Below, piece after piece: positions 1 through 11,101 of a stretch of 64,000 nt of DNA. The translations under genes were made by a program, and so were the position numbers. The notes under the pieces are model-generated. The model was not told the DNA's origin and did no database searches. It saw only the letters and a list, made by a program, of their open reading frames with translations. Origin of the DNA: Firmicutes bacterium ADurb.Bin248 (GTDB lineage Bacteria > Bacillota > Clostridia > Christensenellales > CAG-138); contig MWBW01000006.1 in NCBI GenBank assembly GCA_002069725.1, positions 15,974-79,973 of the forward strand. The letters are read 5' to 3'. Position 1 is the stretch's first letter; every line of letters starts with the position of its first letter.

Positions 1-2335
<2,335 letters not shown>

Positions 2336-2339
<4 letters not shown>

Positions 2340-2971
2340 ACGGCTTTCGGATCAAAAAAGCATCGTTTTTAAAGAGCGTTGGGGCTGGAACCGACTGGCC
2401 TTCGGGCGTGCACATCGCCATGGTGGGCCGCTCGAACGTCGGCAAATCCAGCCTCATCAATTCTCTCTGCGGCAACTCAAAGCTCGCGCGCATCTCCGCG
2501 AGCCCGGGAAAGACCCGCCTGATCAACTTCTTCGACGTCAACGACGGCAGCTTCTACCTCGTGGACCTGCCGGGCTACGGCTACGCGAAGGTGAGTAAAA
2601 CCGAGCAGGAACGCTGGGCGGGGCTGATCGAGGGCTATCTCTCCTCCGGCGCGGTGACGCATATCTTCCTTTTGATCGACATCCGCCACGAGCCTACCGA
2701 GGGCGACAGGCAGATGCTCCAATGGATCATCTACTACGGCGTGCCGTTTACGCTCGTCGCCATGAAGGCGGACAAGCTCTCCAAATCCAGGCGCGCCGGG
2801 GCCGCGAAGGCCGCGGCGAAGCTGCTCGGCGCGCCGCCTTACGCCATCGTCTATTCGTCCGAAACGGGCGAGGGCAGGGAAGAACTGACCGAGCGCATCG
2901 GCTCCATCGTCGCGGATGCCGCGGGCCGCCCCGAAAACCCGAATCTTTCAGACAAAACGCACTTGACATAA
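2336..2971 (+). CDS. engB: Ribosome-biogenesis GTPase EngB/YsxC
   Basis: GTG 2336 overlaps the lon stop (GTGA). G1 GRSNVGKSS, G3 DLPGYG, G4 MKADK. lon-ysxC synteny is typical of Firmicutes. Confidence 0.9.
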
Positions 2972-2991
2972 GTATACCGTCTAAGCATAAT
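2963..2991 (+). promoter_or_regulatory. Sigma-A-type promoter candidate for the Zn-ribbon protein gene
   Basis: TTGACA (2963-2968), 17 nt spacer, CATAAT (2986-2991), about 36 nt upstream of ATG 3027. Confidence 0.45.
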
Positions 2992-3026
2992 AGTGGAGTA
3001 AAAAAACCATCCGGAGGAATCGATCG

Positions 3027-3443
3027 ATGGCTCTTCGTAAATGCCCGCGCTGCGAGCTCAACTACATCCGCGAAAGCGAAAAATACTGCGAGGTATGCAA
3101 GCGGGAAATGAAGGGAGAGGGCGAATCCGAGGAAACGGTTCAGATATGCGTCGAATGCGGCGAAAATCCCGTCGTCAAGGGCAGCGAGCTGTGCGCGATC
3201 TGCCTGCGCGAGGCGCGCCGCCAGGAAAAGCTCGCGGAGGCCGCCGAGGAGATCCACGCGCCGGATCAGATCAGCATGCCCATCGCGACCGTCGCGCTCG
3301 ACGAGATCGAGGTGCCTCTGCCCGCCGACGGGGAGATCCCCGAGAGCGAACTGGACGAAATCGACAAGGAGCTCGGCGACGACGAGGATGAGGCCGCCGA
3401 CGAGGACGAAGACGAAATCGGCGTCGGCGTCGGCGACGATTGA
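3027..3443 (+). CDS. Small double Zn-ribbon protein with a strongly acidic C-terminal tail (hypothetical)
   Basis: GGAGG lies 9 nt upstream of the ATG. Two CxxC...CxxC pairs (CPRC/CEVC and CVEC/CAIC) are followed by a ~60-residue D/E-rich tail. No family recognised. Confidence 0.7.
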   Translation: MALRKCPRCELNYIRESEKYCEVCKREMKGEGESEETVQICVECGENPVVKGSELCAICLREARRQEKLAEAAEEIHAPDQISMPIATVALDEIEVPLPADGEIPESELDEIDKELGDDEDEAADEDEDEIGVGVGDD

Positions 3444-3446
3444 GCG

Positions 3447-4139
3447 ATGAGGGTATACTGCATCGGGGATCTGCACCTTCCGGGCAATTCCGGGAAGCCT
3501 ATGGACGTGTTCGGCAGCGCGTGGGACGACCATCCCGCCCGCGTCGCCGAGGCGTGGCGCGATTCGGTCGGCCCCGATGATCTCGTGCTCGTTCCCGGCG
3601 ACATCAGTTGGGCCATGCGCCTCGAGGATGCGAGGGACGACCTCGGATTCATCGGCTCCCTGCCCGGCAAAAAGCTGCTGCTCAGAGGCAACCACGATTA
3701 CTGGTGGAACTCCATTTCCAAGGTGCGCGCCCTCCTGCCGGAGGGCTGCTTCGCGTTGCAGAACGACGCCTTTTCCTTCGGGGATTTCGCCATCGCGGGT
3801 TCGCGCGGATGGGTCTGCCCCGGCAGTTCCGGCTTCTCGGAAGAGGAGGACAGAGGCATTTACGAGCGCGAGCTGATCCGCCTCGGCCTTTCGCTCGAGG
3901 CCGCGGGCACGGGCAGGCGGCTGATCGCGATGTTACATTTTCCGCCGTTTAACGAAAAGAGAATGTCATCCGGCTTCACCTCGCTTTTGGAAAAGCACGG
4001 CGTCGAAACCGCCGTATACGGCCATTTGCACGACAAGGCATGCGCCGCCGCCTTCGAAGGAAAGCGTAACGGCGTGGCTTATCTGCTCTGTTCCGCGGAC
4101 CACATCGGCTTCGCGCCGCGCCTGATCGCGCAAACGTAA
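3447..4139 (+). CDS. Calcineurin-like metallophosphoesterase
   Basis: Motifs GDLHL, GDIS, GNHDYWW and GHLH in canonical order. Confidence 0.8.
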   Translation: MRVYCIGDLHLPGNSGKPMDVFGSAWDDHPARVAEAWRDSVGPDDLVLVPGDISWAMRLEDARDDLGFIGSLPGKKLLLRGNHDYWWNSISKVRALLPEGCFALQNDAFSFGDFAIAGSRGWVCPGSSGFSEEEDRGIYERELIRLGLSLEAAGTGRRLIAMLHFPPFNEKRMSSGFTSLLEKHGVETAVYGHLHDKACAAAFEGKRNGVAYLLCSADHIGFAPRLIAQT

Positions 4140-4243
4140 CGCAAAAAACACGCCTTCTGCCCTCCGGTATTCCGGAGGGCTTTTTTACATCATTCTTGAA
4201 TAAAAAGAAACGGTTTGTCAAATAATAGGCTAAAAAAGTTCAT

Positions 4244-4279
4244 AAAAGTGGTGACAAGTGTGGTGAAGTGGTGTATAAT
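4244..4279 (+). promoter_or_regulatory. dcw promoter with three phased AAGTG(G/T) direct repeats (candidate MraZ operator)
   Basis: AAGTG starts at 4246, 4256 and 4266 (exact 10-bp phase). The repeats overlap GTGACA (4251-4256), 17 nt spacer, TATAAT (4274-4279), about 60 nt upstream of mraZ. Confidence 0.55.
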
Positions 4280-4340
4280 ACCGGTATTAGACGGGGGAAG
4301 GGGAGCGTGTACCCCGTTCTGACTTTCGGAGGCGGACGCG

Positions 4341-4787
4341 ATGCTGATCGGCACATACGAGCATAGCGTGGACGCCAAGGGCCGGCTTTTCATACCGGCC
4401 AAATGGCGCGACGATTTGGGAAGCACCATGATCGTGACCCGCGGCTTCACGGGCAAGGGCGATTATCGGTGCCTTATGGGCATGTCGATCGCGCGCTTCG
4501 AGCAGTTGATGGAGCGATACAACAACGTCCCCCTCGCCGATATTGTAACCCAAAACGCCCTGCGCAAGCTCTTCGCCATGGCCTGCGAGTGCGAGCTGGA
4601 CAAGCAGGGGCGCATCCTGGTGAGCGGCCAACTGCGCGAGATCGCCGCCATAGACCGGGACGTGGCGCTGCTCGGCCAGGGCAAGCGGTTCGAGATCTGG
4701 GATAAAGCCCGTTGGGACGAGCGGCAGGCCGAGGACAACGACGTAGAGGATTCCGTGCTCGCGCACCTCGCGGGTCTTGGCATATGA
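4341..4787 (+). CDS. mraZ: Transcriptional regulator MraZ
   Basis: N-terminus MLIGTYEHSVDAKGRLFIPAKWR and a second DxxGR motif (DKQGRI). First gene of the dcw cluster. Confidence 0.95.
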   Translation: MLIGTYEHSVDAKGRLFIPAKWRDDLGSTMIVTRGFTGKGDYRCLMGMSIARFEQLMERYNNVPLADIVTQNALRKLFAMACECELDKQGRILVSGQLREIAAIDRDVALLGQGKRFEIWDKARWDERQAEDNDVEDSVLAHLAGLGI

Positions 4788-5722
4788 CGAGCTTTTCGCA
4801 CATCCCGATACTGCTCGGCGAGGCGATGGCGCTGCTCCGGCCCGAGCGCGGCGGCGTCTTTGTGGACGGTACGCTCGGCGGCGGGGGCCACGCGCAGGCG
4901 GTGCTGGAGCGGCTGCCCGCGTCCGGCAAACTCTATGGGATCGATCGCGACGGGGACGCCGTCGCGGCCGCAAGCGAGAGGCTCTCGCGCTTCGGGGACC
5001 GCTTTTGCGCGATCCGCGGCAACTTTTTTAATATGAAGGAGCTGCTCGCGGAGCGCGGGGTGGATAGGGCGGACGGCATACTTCTGGATTTGGGCGTGTC
5101 GAGCTTCCAGCTCGACGCGGCGCATAGGGGCTTTTCCTACAGCGAGGACGCGCCGCTCGACATGAGGATGGACGCCCGGGCGAAGCTCTCGGCCTACGAC
5201 GTGGTCAACGGCTATCCGCCGCAGGAGCTCGCCCGCGTCATACGCGATTACGGCGAGGAGCGTTACGCCCTTCGCATCGCGGGGGCGATCGCGCGCGAGA
5301 GGCAGAAAAAGCCAATCCAAGGCACGATCGAGCTTTCGAACATCATCCGCGCGGCGATGCCCGCGGCGGCGCGGCGGGAGCCGCAGCACCCGGCCAAGCG
5401 CACCTTCCAGGCGATCCGCATCGAGGTCAACGGTGAACTCGAAGGCCTCGACAGGGCGCTGGACGCAGCGCACAGCCTGCTGGGGAGCGGCGGCGTGCTG
5501 GCGGTCATCTCGTTCCATTCGCTCGAGGACCGCATCGCGAAGCTCGCGTTTCGAAGGTACGAAAACCCCTGCACCTGCGACCCGCGCGCGCCGATCTGTA
5601 CCTGCAGCAAAACGCCTACGGCGCGCGTGCTCACAAGAAAGCCCGTGACGCCGGGCGAAGACGAAATCGCATCCAACCCGCGATCGAGGAGCGCAAAGCT
5701 GCGCGCGATCGAAAAGTTATAA
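4784..5722 (+). CDS. rsmH: 16S rRNA (cytosine1402-N4)-methyltransferase RsmH
   Basis: ATG 4784 overlaps the mraZ stop (ATGA). Motifs GGGGHA, DLGVSSFQLD, SFHSLEDR. Confidence 0.95.
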   Translation: MTSFSHIPILLGEAMALLRPERGGVFVDGTLGGGGHAQAVLERLPASGKLYGIDRDGDAVAAASERLSRFGDRFCAIRGNFFNMKELLAERGVDRADGILLDLGVSSFQLDAAHRGFSYSEDAPLDMRMDARAKLSAYDVVNGYPPQELARVIRDYGEERYALRIAGAIARERQKKPIQGTIELSNIIRAAMPAAARREPQHPAKRTFQAIRIEVNGELEGLDRALDAAHSLLGSGGVLAVISFHSLEDRIAKLAFRRYENPCTCDPRAPICTCSKTPTARVLTRKPVTPGEDEIASNPRSRSAKLRAIEKL

Positions 5723-5754
5723 AGTAAAAACCGGAAAGGCGGCATAGAATAACA

Positions 5755-6243
5755 ATGGCGACGGCGGCGGGCAAAACCAAATACGCGTACGCGCCCTCGA
5801 GGGTGTACTCGTATTCGAACGCCGCGCTCGCCGAGGCGCTTCCGGAGTATGAGCCGGCGCGCCCGCAAAGGGCGCCGCGGCCGTCCGCGCCCAAGGCGCA
5901 TCCCGGCCGCCAGACGCGCGTGAACCGCGAAACCAAGCCCTCCGTCAAGCGCAAACAGAGGCTCATGCCGAAGTTTTTGAGCGTGGTCGCGGTGTTCGCG
6001 GCGGCGGCGGTGCTCATATTCATGATCGTGCGCTACGCGACGATCACCGCGGAATGGGCCAACGTGAACGCGCTGCAGGCGGACATTGTCGCAAGCGAGC
6101 GCAGGATCGCCGAGCTCGAGGTGCAGCTCGAGGAGGCCGCGGACCTCGTCGCGGCCAAAGAAACCGCGCTCGATGCGGGGCTCAATTACCCTGCGGCGGA
6201 GCAGATCGTGGGGGTCGACGGGGCGCAAGGCGGCGGGAACTGA
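5755..6243 (+). CDS. ftsL: Cell division protein FtsL-like
   Basis: Lies after rsmH. Basic/Pro-rich N-tail, one TM (FLSVVAVFAAAAVLIFMIV), then a coiled coil (ASERRIAELEVQLEEA). Confidence 0.7.
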   Translation: MATAAGKTKYAYAPSRVYSYSNAALAEALPEYEPARPQRAPRPSAPKAHPGRQTRVNRETKPSVKRKQRLMPKFLSVVAVFAAAAVLIFMIVRYATITAEWANVNALQADIVASERRIAELEVQLEEAADLVAAKETALDAGLNYPAAEQIVGVDGAQGGGN

Positions 6244-6264
6244 ACGCCGTTTGGAGGGGACAGC

Positions 6265-8400
6265 ATGGGTACACCCGGCGTTTTGAATAAAAAGAGGCTT
6301 TTCGCGGCGCTGCTCATCATGGGCTTCATCTATCTGCTGCTCATAGGCAGGCTCGCGAGCATACAGCTCTTTCAGGGCGAGGAGCTCGAGCGCAGGGCCG
6401 AGGCGCAGCAGACCAAGGATACGGCGCTGAGCGCCGCGCGCGGCATGATACTCGACGCAACGGGCGTGGTGCTCGCCCGAAACGGAACCGCCTACAAGGT
6501 GGTGCTCTGGCCGAGCAGCGTCAACGCGGGGGATCGCGAAAGGGTGGCCAAGGAGCTTTCGGCGCTGCTCGGGCTCGACTACGCCAAGGTGCTCGAAAAG
6601 GTCAACGACACGAAGCACCAGGAGATCATACTCGCCCGTCAGGTGGAGCGTGAAACCGTGGACGCCATCGCGGCGCTCAAGCTCGGCAGGGGCGTGGGCA
6701 CGGCCATCGACACCAAGCGGTATTACACCAACGGCAGGCTGTTCTCGCAGCTTTTGGGCTTCACGACCGTGGACGGCGTAGGCCAGGCCGGGCTTGAGCA
6801 GAAGCTCAACGAGTATCTCGCGGGCAAGGACGGCGAAATGGTCACCGAGACCGACCGTAAAAACAATCCGCTCGCGTACGGCGTGCAGGAGATCATCGAG
6901 CCGACGGACGGGTACGACGCAACGCTTACCGCCATCGCGGCCGCTCAGGGAATGCTGGAAAAGGCGTGCAACGAAGCGCTTGCGGTCAATAAAGCAATCG
7001 CGGTTCAGGGCATAATAATGAACTGCAAAACGGGGGCGATACTCGCTCTCACCACGCAGCCCGACTTCGACCCCAACAGCCCGCCGCGCAACGACATGGA
7101 CCTTCTCAACTCGTTGATGCGAAACCGTGTCGCGACCGACGCGTACGAGCCGGGCTCCACGTTCAAGCTCGTTACGCTCGCTGCGGCGCTCGACAGCCAT
7201 ACGGTCACGGAAGGTTCGGGCTTCTATTGCCCGGGGCACGTCTACATCGGCAAGGACAGGATCCGCTGCTGGAGGAGCGCCGGGCACGGCTCCATCTCGC
7301 TCACGCAGGCCGTGGAAAGCTCCTGCAACGTCGCCTTCGTCAACATGGCGCGTTCGATGGGCGCGGAGACGTTTTACGATTACATCTACTCCTTCGGGTT
7401 CGGTTCCTCTACGGGCAGCGGCATCCCGGGCGAGAGCGGCGGCATCGTGATGAACCAGAAGTACGTCAAGGAGGCGACGCTCGGGCGCATCGGCTTCGGG
7501 CAGAGCATCGCGGTCACGCCCCTCCAACTCTGTTCGGCGGTGTGCGCCGAGGTCAACGGCGGATTGCTGATGCAGCCGTATATTGTGGATCTGATCACGG
7601 GGCCTGACGGTACGGTGATCGTCGACAACGAGCCGGTCGTGATCCGCAGGGTCATCGGCGAGGAAACCTCCGCCCTCATCCGAAAGATCGGCGAGCTGGT
7701 CGTGAAAAACGGCAGCGGCAAGAACGCCGCCATCCCCGGCTACCGCGTGGGCGGCAAGACCGGCACGGCGCAGAAGTACGGCGAGGACGGAAGGATCGCG
7801 CAGGGCAAGCTCATCGCTTCCTTCATCGGCTTCGCCCCGGCGGACGATCCCGAATTCGTGTGCCTGATACTCGTCGACGAGCCGCAGGTCGGCACCATAT
7901 TCGGCAGCACGGTGGCCGCGCCTTTCGTCAAGCAGGTGCTCGAGGAAATGCTGCGCTACGCGGGCTATCTCCCCGCCGGCGGCGACGAGAGCGTGGTCGT
8001 GCCCGACGTGACCGGCATGACCATCGCACAGGCGAAGCAGGCGCTCAAGGATGTCGGGATCGAGGCGACCTTCCAGAGCGGCGAGAGCGAAACCGTGGTC
8101 GCGCAGGTGCCGAGCGCGGGCAGCGTCGTCATGAAGGGCTCGGACGTACTGCTCTACACCGAGGTCATGGAGCTCGACCTCGACACGGACGACGGCTACA
8201 GCAAGGTCAAGGTGCCCAACGTCGTGGGCATGACGCGGCTTGAGGCGCACGACGCGCTGGAAGCGTTGGGCCTGGAGATATTGATCGACCCGCCCGATCA
8301 GCAGGGCGAGGCGATCCGTCAATCGCCGGAAGCGGGCGCGGAGGTCGAACCGGGCACCGAGGTGCTGGTCGAATTTTCGGACGCGCGCATCGGCTCATAG
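6265..8400 (+). CDS. Class B penicillin-binding protein (FtsI/PBP2B/SpoVD-like) with two PASTA domains
   Basis: N-terminal TM, SxxK (STFK), SxN (SCN), KTG (KTGT). Two C-terminal PASTA-like repeats (VVVPDVTGMTIAQAK..., VKVPNVVGMTRLEAH...). Confidence 0.9.
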   Translation: MGTPGVLNKKRLFAALLIMGFIYLLLIGRLASIQLFQGEELERRAEAQQTKDTALSAARGMILDATGVVLARNGTAYKVVLWPSSVNAGDRERVAKELSALLGLDYAKVLEKVNDTKHQEIILARQVERETVDAIAALKLGRGVGTAIDTKRYYTNGRLFSQLLGFTTVDGVGQAGLEQKLNEYLAGKDGEMVTETDRKNNPLAYGVQEIIEPTDGYDATLTAIAAAQGMLEKACNEALAVNKAIAVQGIIMNCKTGAILALTTQPDFDPNSPPRNDMDLLNSLMRNRVATDAYEPGSTFKLVTLAAALDSHTVTEGSGFYCPGHVYIGKDRIRCWRSAGHGSISLTQAVESSCNVAFVNMARSMGAETFYDYIYSFGFGSSTGSGIPGESGGIVMNQKYVKEATLGRIGFGQSIAVTPLQLCSAVCAEVNGGLLMQPYIVDLITGPDGTVIVDNEPVVIRRVIGEETSALIRKIGELVVKNGSGKNAAIPGYRVGGKTGTAQKYGEDGRIAQGKLIASFIGFAPADDPEFVCLILVDEPQVGTIFGSTVAAPFVKQVLEEMLRYAGYLPAGGDESVVVPDVTGMTIAQAKQALKDVGIEATFQSGESETVVAQVPSAGSVVMKGSDVLLYTEVMELDLDTDDGYSKVKVPNVVGMTRLEAHDALEALGLEILIDPPDQQGEAIRQSPEAGAEVEPGTEVLVEFSDARIGS

Positions 8401-8413
8401 GAAAGGATTCGGA

Positions 8414-9859
8414 ATGCAGCTTCGTGAACTCGCCAAAGCGACGGCGTATACCCGGCTTACGGGGGATGCCGAAATCGAAAAAATCGTATACAACTCCCGC
8501 CGCGTGCAGCGGGGCGACCTGTTCTGCTGCGTGGTGGGCACCTTCTTCGACGGGCACGATTACGCGGCGCAGGCGGTTGAGGCGGGCGCGGCCGCGCTCG
8601 TCGTGGAGCGGGAGCTCGATTTGAATGTGCCGCAGCTCGTGGTTCCCAGCACGCGCGTCGCCATGGCCGAGATGGCGGCTTCGTATTACGGCGAGCCTTC
8701 GAAGCACATGAAGATGGTCGGCGTCACCGGCACCAACGGCAAGACAAGCACCACCTACATGATCAAGGCCATCGCCGAGCAGGCGGGCCAGAAGGTCGGC
8801 CTCATAGGCACCATCCGCAACCTCATCGGCTCGCGCGTGATAGAAACCGAGCGCACCACGCCGGAGAGCGTGGATTTGCAGAGGATCCTTCGCGAGATGA
8901 AGGACGAGGGCGTCGAGCTGGTCGTCATGGAGGTTTCCTCCCACTCGCTCGACCAGCACAGGGTGCATGGCATCGATTACGACGTGGGCGTGTTCACGAA
9001 CCTCACGCACGACCACCTCGATTACCACAAGTCCTTCGAGAACTACCTCGCGGCGAAGAAGAAGCTGTTCTCGCAGTCCCATAAGGCCGTGCTCAACGCG
9101 GACGATCCCTATTTCAGCCATATGTCGGAAGGGCTCGCGATCCCCGTGACGACCTTCGGCATCCGCGAGAACGCGGACTTTTCCGCGACGGATATCGACA
9201 TCACCCCGCGCGGCGTGCAGTTCGACCTGCGCGCCGGGGGTGATTGCATGCGGCTCAACATCGGCATCCCCGGGCTGTTCAGCGTATTCAACGCGCTGGG
9301 CGCGGCGGCGGCGGCGCATCTTCTCGGTTTCTCGGAGGACGACGTCAAGATCGGCCTCGAGCGCATGAGGAGCGTATCCGGCAGGCTGGAGCCGCTGCCC
9401 ACCAACGGGCGGGATTTTACTGTGCTGCTCGACTATGCGCACGCGCCGGACGCGCTCGAGAACGTGCTCACGACCATACGCGGCTTCGCCAAGGCGCGCA
9501 TCATCACGCTTTTTGGCTGCGGCGGCGACAGGGATCACGCCAAGCGCCCCATCATGGGCGAGATCGCGGGCAGGTATTCGGATTTTCTCGTCGTCACCAG
9601 CGACAACCCGCGTAGCGAGGACCCGTATCAGATCATCGACGCGGTCATGGAGGGCGTGATGAAATCCGGCTGCGCCTACGTCGTGATTGAGGACCGCTAC
9701 GACGCCATCAAATACGCTCTCGAGCACGCCAAAAAGGACGACATCGTGCTGCTCGCCGGAAAGGGCCATGAGAACTACCAGGAAATCGGGAGCGGCAAAC
9801 GTCACTTCGACGAGAAGGAGATCGTCGCTGAATTGTTGAAGGAGCCCGCGGAGCGATAA
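8414..9859 (+). CDS. murE: UDP-MurNAc-L-Ala-D-Glu:meso-diaminopimelate ligase
   Basis: P-loop GVTGTNGKTST. The DNPR motif (TSDNPRSEDP) is characteristic of meso-DAP-adding MurE. Confidence 0.93.
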   Translation: MQLRELAKATAYTRLTGDAEIEKIVYNSRRVQRGDLFCCVVGTFFDGHDYAAQAVEAGAAALVVERELDLNVPQLVVPSTRVAMAEMAASYYGEPSKHMKMVGVTGTNGKTSTTYMIKAIAEQAGQKVGLIGTIRNLIGSRVIETERTTPESVDLQRILREMKDEGVELVVMEVSSHSLDQHRVHGIDYDVGVFTNLTHDHLDYHKSFENYLAAKKKLFSQSHKAVLNADDPYFSHMSEGLAIPVTTFGIRENADFSATDIDITPRGVQFDLRAGGDCMRLNIGIPGLFSVFNALGAAAAAHLLGFSEDDVKIGLERMRSVSGRLEPLPTNGRDFTVLLDYAHAPDALENVLTTIRGFAKARIITLFGCGGDRDHAKRPIMGEIAGRYSDFLVVTSDNPRSEDPYQIIDAVMEGVMKSGCAYVVIEDRYDAIKYALEHAKKDDIVLLAGKGHENYQEIGSGKRHFDEKEIVAELLKEPAER

Positions 9860-9884
9860 GCTTCGCGGCGGGGAGGTATCGCGC

Positions 9885-10904
9885 ATGAAAAACATACTGT
9901 TCGCTTTTCTCGTTTCGGCCGGGGTGACGATGGCCCTCGGGCCCGTGCTGATCCCGATGTTGCACCGGCTGAAGTTCGGCCAGAGCGAAAGAAGCGACGG
10001 CCCGCAGTCCCACCTCAAGAAGGCGGGCACGCCCACCATGGGCGGCATGATGTTCATCGCGGGCATACTCATCGGCACGCTTGCCTTCACGCTCAAGGCG
10101 ACCGAGCTCGTGCTCCCGGCGCTGCTGGTCACGGTCGGCTTCGCGCTCGTCGGTTTTTTCGATGATTTCCTCAAGGTCAAATACAGGAACACCGTCGGCC
10201 TTCGCCCGTATCAGAAGATCATCGCGCAGTTCGCCATCGCCCTGATCATCGCGCTCTACGCGTACAACAGCCCCTTCATAGGGCCCAAACTCTACCTCGC
10301 TTTCTTCGATGTGGAGTGGGACCTGGGCCTGTTCTACATCCCCTTCGTCATGTTCGTGGTGATCGCCATCGTCAACGCCGTTAATCTGGAGGACGGCATC
10401 GACGGCCTCGCCTCCGGGACAAGCCTCGTGGTCGCCATAACGCTGTGCGTCATATATCTGTATATGTCCGCCGCCGTGAAGCAGCCTTCGGACGCCGGAC
10501 AGGCCGGCCAGACGCAGTACGCCGCGGAGCTCAACTCCATGGCGATCTTCGCCGCGGCCGTCGCGGGCGGCTGCCTGGGCTTCCTCCGGTATAATTCGTA
10601 CCCCGCGCGCATCATCATGGGGGACACGGGCTCCTTCGCGCTCGGCGGCGCGCTCGCGATGCTCTCCGTTTTCAGTCGCTCGGTGCTGCTTTTCCCCATC
10701 ATGGGGGCGTGCTTCGTGGCGAGCGCGGCCTCCTCCATCATTCAGGTCGGCTACTTCAAGCTGACCCACGGCAAGCGTGTGTTCAAAATGGCGCCCCTGC
10801 ACCACCACTTCGAGCTCAAGGGCGTGCCCGAAACGCGCATCGTTGCCGTGTATATGATCGTCACCGTTTTCCTCTGTTTGCTATGCCTTCTGGCATATGT
10901 ATAA
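9885..10904 (+). CDS. mraY: Phospho-N-acetylmuramoyl-pentapeptide transferase
   Basis: GGGAGG RBS. Polytopic membrane protein with NAVNLEDGIDGLA and PLHHHFE motifs. Confidence 0.95.
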   Translation: MKNILFAFLVSAGVTMALGPVLIPMLHRLKFGQSERSDGPQSHLKKAGTPTMGGMMFIAGILIGTLAFTLKATELVLPALLVTVGFALVGFFDDFLKVKYRNTVGLRPYQKIIAQFAIALIIALYAYNSPFIGPKLYLAFFDVEWDLGLFYIPFVMFVVIAIVNAVNLEDGIDGLASGTSLVVAITLCVIYLYMSAAVKQPSDAGQAGQTQYAAELNSMAIFAAAVAGGCLGFLRYNSYPARIIMGDTGSFALGGALAMLSVFSRSVLLFPIMGACFVASAASSIIQVGYFKLTHGKRVFKMAPLHHHFELKGVPETRIVAVYMIVTVFLCLLCLLAYV

Positions 10905-10972
10905 ACTTGGGCCGTTTGGTGCTCTAAGGCGTAGCCGTGGTTCTTTGGCGCTTGGCACGGCGCACGTCGCGG

Positions 10973-11046
10973 GTTAAGGTGTTTGAGGCAGAGCGCGGCT
11001 CTTTTGCCTCAAACGCCTTGAAGGCACCATACGGCCCCCTTTTTTC
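10973..11046 (+). terminator. Extended stem-loop plus T-run in the 190-nt mraY-murD spacer (possible internal attenuator/terminator)
   Basis: TTTGAGGCAGAGC-gcg-GCTCTTTTGCCTCAAA (10982-11013) is flanked by TTAAGG/CCTTGAA. A T6 run lies at 11040-11045. A possible TTGACG promoter follows at 11049. Confidence 0.3.
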
Positions 11047-11101
11047 GACTTGACGCGCGTTTCGCGCTTGATGTAAGCTTCGTGATTGGAGGTAAATGCA
11101 T

